DNA of 64,000 bases. It comes from Nitrospirota bacterium. Lineage in GTDB: Bacteria > Nitrospirota > UBA9217. Below the pieces are notes generated by a model. The model made no database searches and was not told where the DNA came from. It worked only from the letters and a program-made list of their open reading frames with translations. This document shows positions 61,733 through 64,000 of this stretch, one piece after another; the first letter of the stretch is position 1; every line of letters begins with the position of its first letter. The stretch covers positions 96,001-160,000 of the forward strand of contig CAVVUN010000001.1 of the NCBI GenBank assembly GCA_963751455.1, read 5' to 3'. The position numbers and the translations under genes are program-made.

Positions 61733-62533
61733 TTACCTCGTCACTCCCCGTTTTGAGTGGCGCATAAAATCTACGAAATAGTTGACTTCCCGGGAATCCG
61801 GAAATTCCTCGACTGCCTTTTGGAAGGCTTCATCCAGCGTCAACCCGGACCGGAAAATTATCTTGTATGCCTTTTTCAGGTTATTTATCGTCTCATCGCT
61901 GAACCCCTTGCGTTTGAGCCCGATCGTATTCAGACCGTACAACTGGGCCCTGTTTCCTGCGGCGCTCACATATGGAGGGATGTCCTGTACGATTGCCGAC
62001 TGGCCCCCGATCATCGCGTATGCCCCAATTCGCACATGCTGATGAACGCCCACGATACCGCCCAAAATTGCGTAGTCCTCGATTACGATATGGCCTGCAA
62101 GACCTGCTGAATTCGCCATAATGATATTGTTGCCGAGTTTGCAGTCGTGCGCCACATGCGAATAGGCCATGAGGTAGTTGCCGTTTCCGATTTCGGTTTT
62201 GCGGTCCTCTTTGGTCGTGGCCCGGTGCACGGTCGCGCATTCCCTGATGACGTTGTCGTTACCGATGATGAGGTACGTCTCCTCGTTTTTGTAGCCGATA
62301 TCCTGGGGAGGCGTTCCCACGCTCGAAAAAGAATGGATCTGGTTGCGTTCTCCGATCGTGGTCCAGCCCTCGATCAGTACGTGAGATCTGATTTTGGTGT
62401 CCTTGCCGATCCTGACGTGCTCGCCGATCACGGAATACGGGCCTATCTCAACGCCCTCGCCGATCACCGCCCCGCGATGTACTAGTGCTGCCGGATGAAT
62501 GCTCAATTCCTTCTCCTGTGCCGCTGATTTCAT
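61733..62533 (-). CDS. lpxA: UDP-N-acetylglucosamine acyltransferase
   Basis: Hexapeptide repeats; PPQD, HVAHDC and LAGH. Confidence 0.97.
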   Translation of the reverse strand: MKSAAQEKELSIHPAALVHRGAVIGEGVEIGPYSVIGEHVRIGKDTKIRSHVLIEGWTTIGERNQIHSFSSVGTPPQDIGYKNEETYLIIGNDNVIRECATVHRATTKEDRKTEIGNGNYLMAYSHVAHDCKLGNNIIMANSAGLAGHIVIEDYAILGGIVGVHQHVRIGAYAMIGGQSAIVQDIPPYVSAAGNRAQLYGLNTIGLKRKGFSDETINNLKKAYKIIFRSGLTLDEAFQKAVEEFPDSREVNYFVDFMRHSKRGVTR

Positions 62534-62970
62534 TTGTCCACGACCATCGCCTTCATCTCGGCCTCGGCCACTACAGCACCCTCCACCTTCGCAACGGCCT
62601 TGAAGCTCTTGACCGGCCCTCGTTCCCTGATGATTTCAAGCTCGAAGCGAAGCTGGTCTCCGGGAACGACCGGCTTGCGGAATTTGGCGTTGTCGATGCT
62701 CATGAAATAAAGCACCTTTTTCTTCACCTCGTCTTCCGGCAACGATTTGAGCGCCATGACGCCGCCTACCTGCGCCATCGCCTCGAGCAGAAGGACGCCC
62801 GGCATGATCGGATGACCGGGAAAGTGGCCCTGGAAAAAAGGCTCGTTGATCGTCACGTTCTTCATTCCCACGATCCGCTTGTTCGCCTCGAATTCAAGGA
62901 TCCCGTCGATCATTAGAAATGGGTACCGATGTGGAAGAAAATTCATTATTTCATTAATGCCGAGGAGCAT
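62530..62970 (-). CDS. fabZ: 3-hydroxyacyl-ACP dehydratase
   Basis: LPHRYPFL and FFQGHFP..PIMPGVL..EAMAQ. Confidence 0.97.
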   Translation of the reverse strand: MLLGINEIMNFLPHRYPFLMIDGILEFEANKRIVGMKNVTINEPFFQGHFPGHPIMPGVLLLEAMAQVGGVMALKSLPEDEVKKKVLYFMSIDNAKFRKPVVPGDQLRFELEIIRERGPVKSFKAVAKVEGAVVAEAEMKAMVVDK

Positions 62971-63041
62971 GAGCTATCCCCTTTCTCCTAATTATTATTT
63001 GGTTCGCCGGGTGCGCGCTATACAGCGGCTTACCCGGATGC

Positions 63042-64000
63042 TTACTTTTTTTCCTTCAATTCCCGGAGCTGCTTTTCCAGGCTCATGATCGCTTTTTTCA
63101 GCTCCGGCAGCTTCGGCAATATTGCCTGGACCTTGAGCCATTCGCGAATCGGGATCGCGTTGAATCCGGCTATGATCTGGCCGGCGTCCACATCCCTGAC
63201 GATTACTGCCTTGCCGCCGGCCATAACGCCGTCACCAATGCTGATGTGGTCTGACACGCCCACCTGACCTCCCAACACGACATATTTCCCGAGCGTACTG
63301 CTTCCGGCTATCCCGGTCTGCCCCGCAAGCAGGCAGTGCTCCCCTACGGTTACGTTGTGCGCCACATGCACCTGATTATCGAGCTTGGTCCCTTTTTTAA
63401 TAACTGTGTTCCCGAGCGTAGCGCGGTCAATAGAGCAATTGGCCCCGATTTCCACGTTGTCCTCTACGATCACGCCTCCGACCTGCGGAATCTTGTGATG
63501 CACACCGCCCTCGGTCACGAATCCGAAACCGTCGCTTCCGAGTACGGTGCCGGAATGAACGATCACCCGCTTGCCGATAGAGCTGCCGTGTCCGATGCTC
63601 ACATTAGAAAAAATCACGGTATCATCATCGATTATCGAATCCCGGCCCACATACACGCCGGAATGTATGGTCACCCGGCTGCCTATCCTGACGTTGTCGT
63701 CGATAACGGCGAACGGACGAATGGAGCAGTCGCTACCGATGACAACCTGTTTTCCTATGGCTGCCCGATCGCTGACTCCGGTAGGCAGGGAGGGCCGCAC
63801 ATAGAAAAGCTCCAGAGTCCGGGCAAATGCAAGTCGGGGGTTTTTAACGCGAAGCAGAGGAAGGCGCATTACAGGCGCATCATACGGTACGAGAGCGGCA
63901 GACGCTTTCGATTGCTCCAGGTCCTTGAGGTAATTCAGCCCGGCGATAAAGGTCACGAATCCTTTGCCTGCCTCATGTATTCCGGCCGATCCGACGATCT
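63042..64000 (-). CDS. lpxD: UDP-3-O-acylglucosamine N-acyltransferase (5' end beyond the window)
   Basis: GSDGFG, KIPQVG, IDRATLG and KLDNQVHVAHN. Confidence 0.96.
   Translation of the reverse strand, partial: IVGSAGIHEAGKGFVTFIAGLNYLKDLEQSKASAALVPYDAPVMRLPLLRVKNPRLAFARTLELFYVRPSLPTGVSDRAAIGKQVVIGSDCSIRPFAVIDDNVRIGSRVTIHSGVYVGRDSIIDDDTVIFSNVSIGHGSSIGKRVIVHSGTVLGSDGFGFVTEGGVHHKIPQVGGVIVEDNVEIGANCSIDRATLGNTVIKKGTKLDNQVHVAHNVTVGEHCLLAGQTGIAGSSTLGKYVVLGGQVGVSDHISIGDGVMAGGKAVIVRDVDAGQIIAGFNAIPIREWLKVQAILPKLPELKKAIMSLEKQLRELKEKK

Overview
Bacterial DNA from a diderm with LPS; a Nitrospirota- or Desulfobacterota-like origin is inferred from gene content, not proven. Almost all host genes lie on the minus strand. 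The window has three zones. (1) 1-35.2 kb is an accessory island built from two tandem, diverged copies of one module: receiver-AraC regulator, conserved direct-repeat promoter, large lipoprotein, then a giant signal-peptide-bearing ZU5/SpvB/FG-GAP/RHS protein. The right-hand giant gene reassembles into one ORF of about 3,640 aa once an IS1380 is removed. It ends in an M15 peptidoglycan-peptidase domain followed by a candidate periplasmic immunity gene. Downstream are an orphan RHS core with a different C-terminus, secreted and lipoprotein genes, and a tiny RHS relic. Four complete IS copies (IS4, two ISH6-like, IS1380) hit both modules. (2) 35.6-43.6 kb is an envelope cluster: two LPP20-like proteins, a TPR-SLH lipoprotein, a transglutaminase-like protein, a GNA1162/DUF4412 lipoprotein, a CsgG/FlgT-like protein and a FecR protein. 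(3) 44-64 kb is housekeeping: ComF-like, gpmI, LapA-LapB-like, rlmH, rsfS, nadD, proA, TlpA, proB and a lipid A operon with lpxI, gnnA/gnnB and an lpxJ-like gene. Several core genes carry indels that look like assembly errors. All domain calls come from reading motifs by eye; no database search was run.
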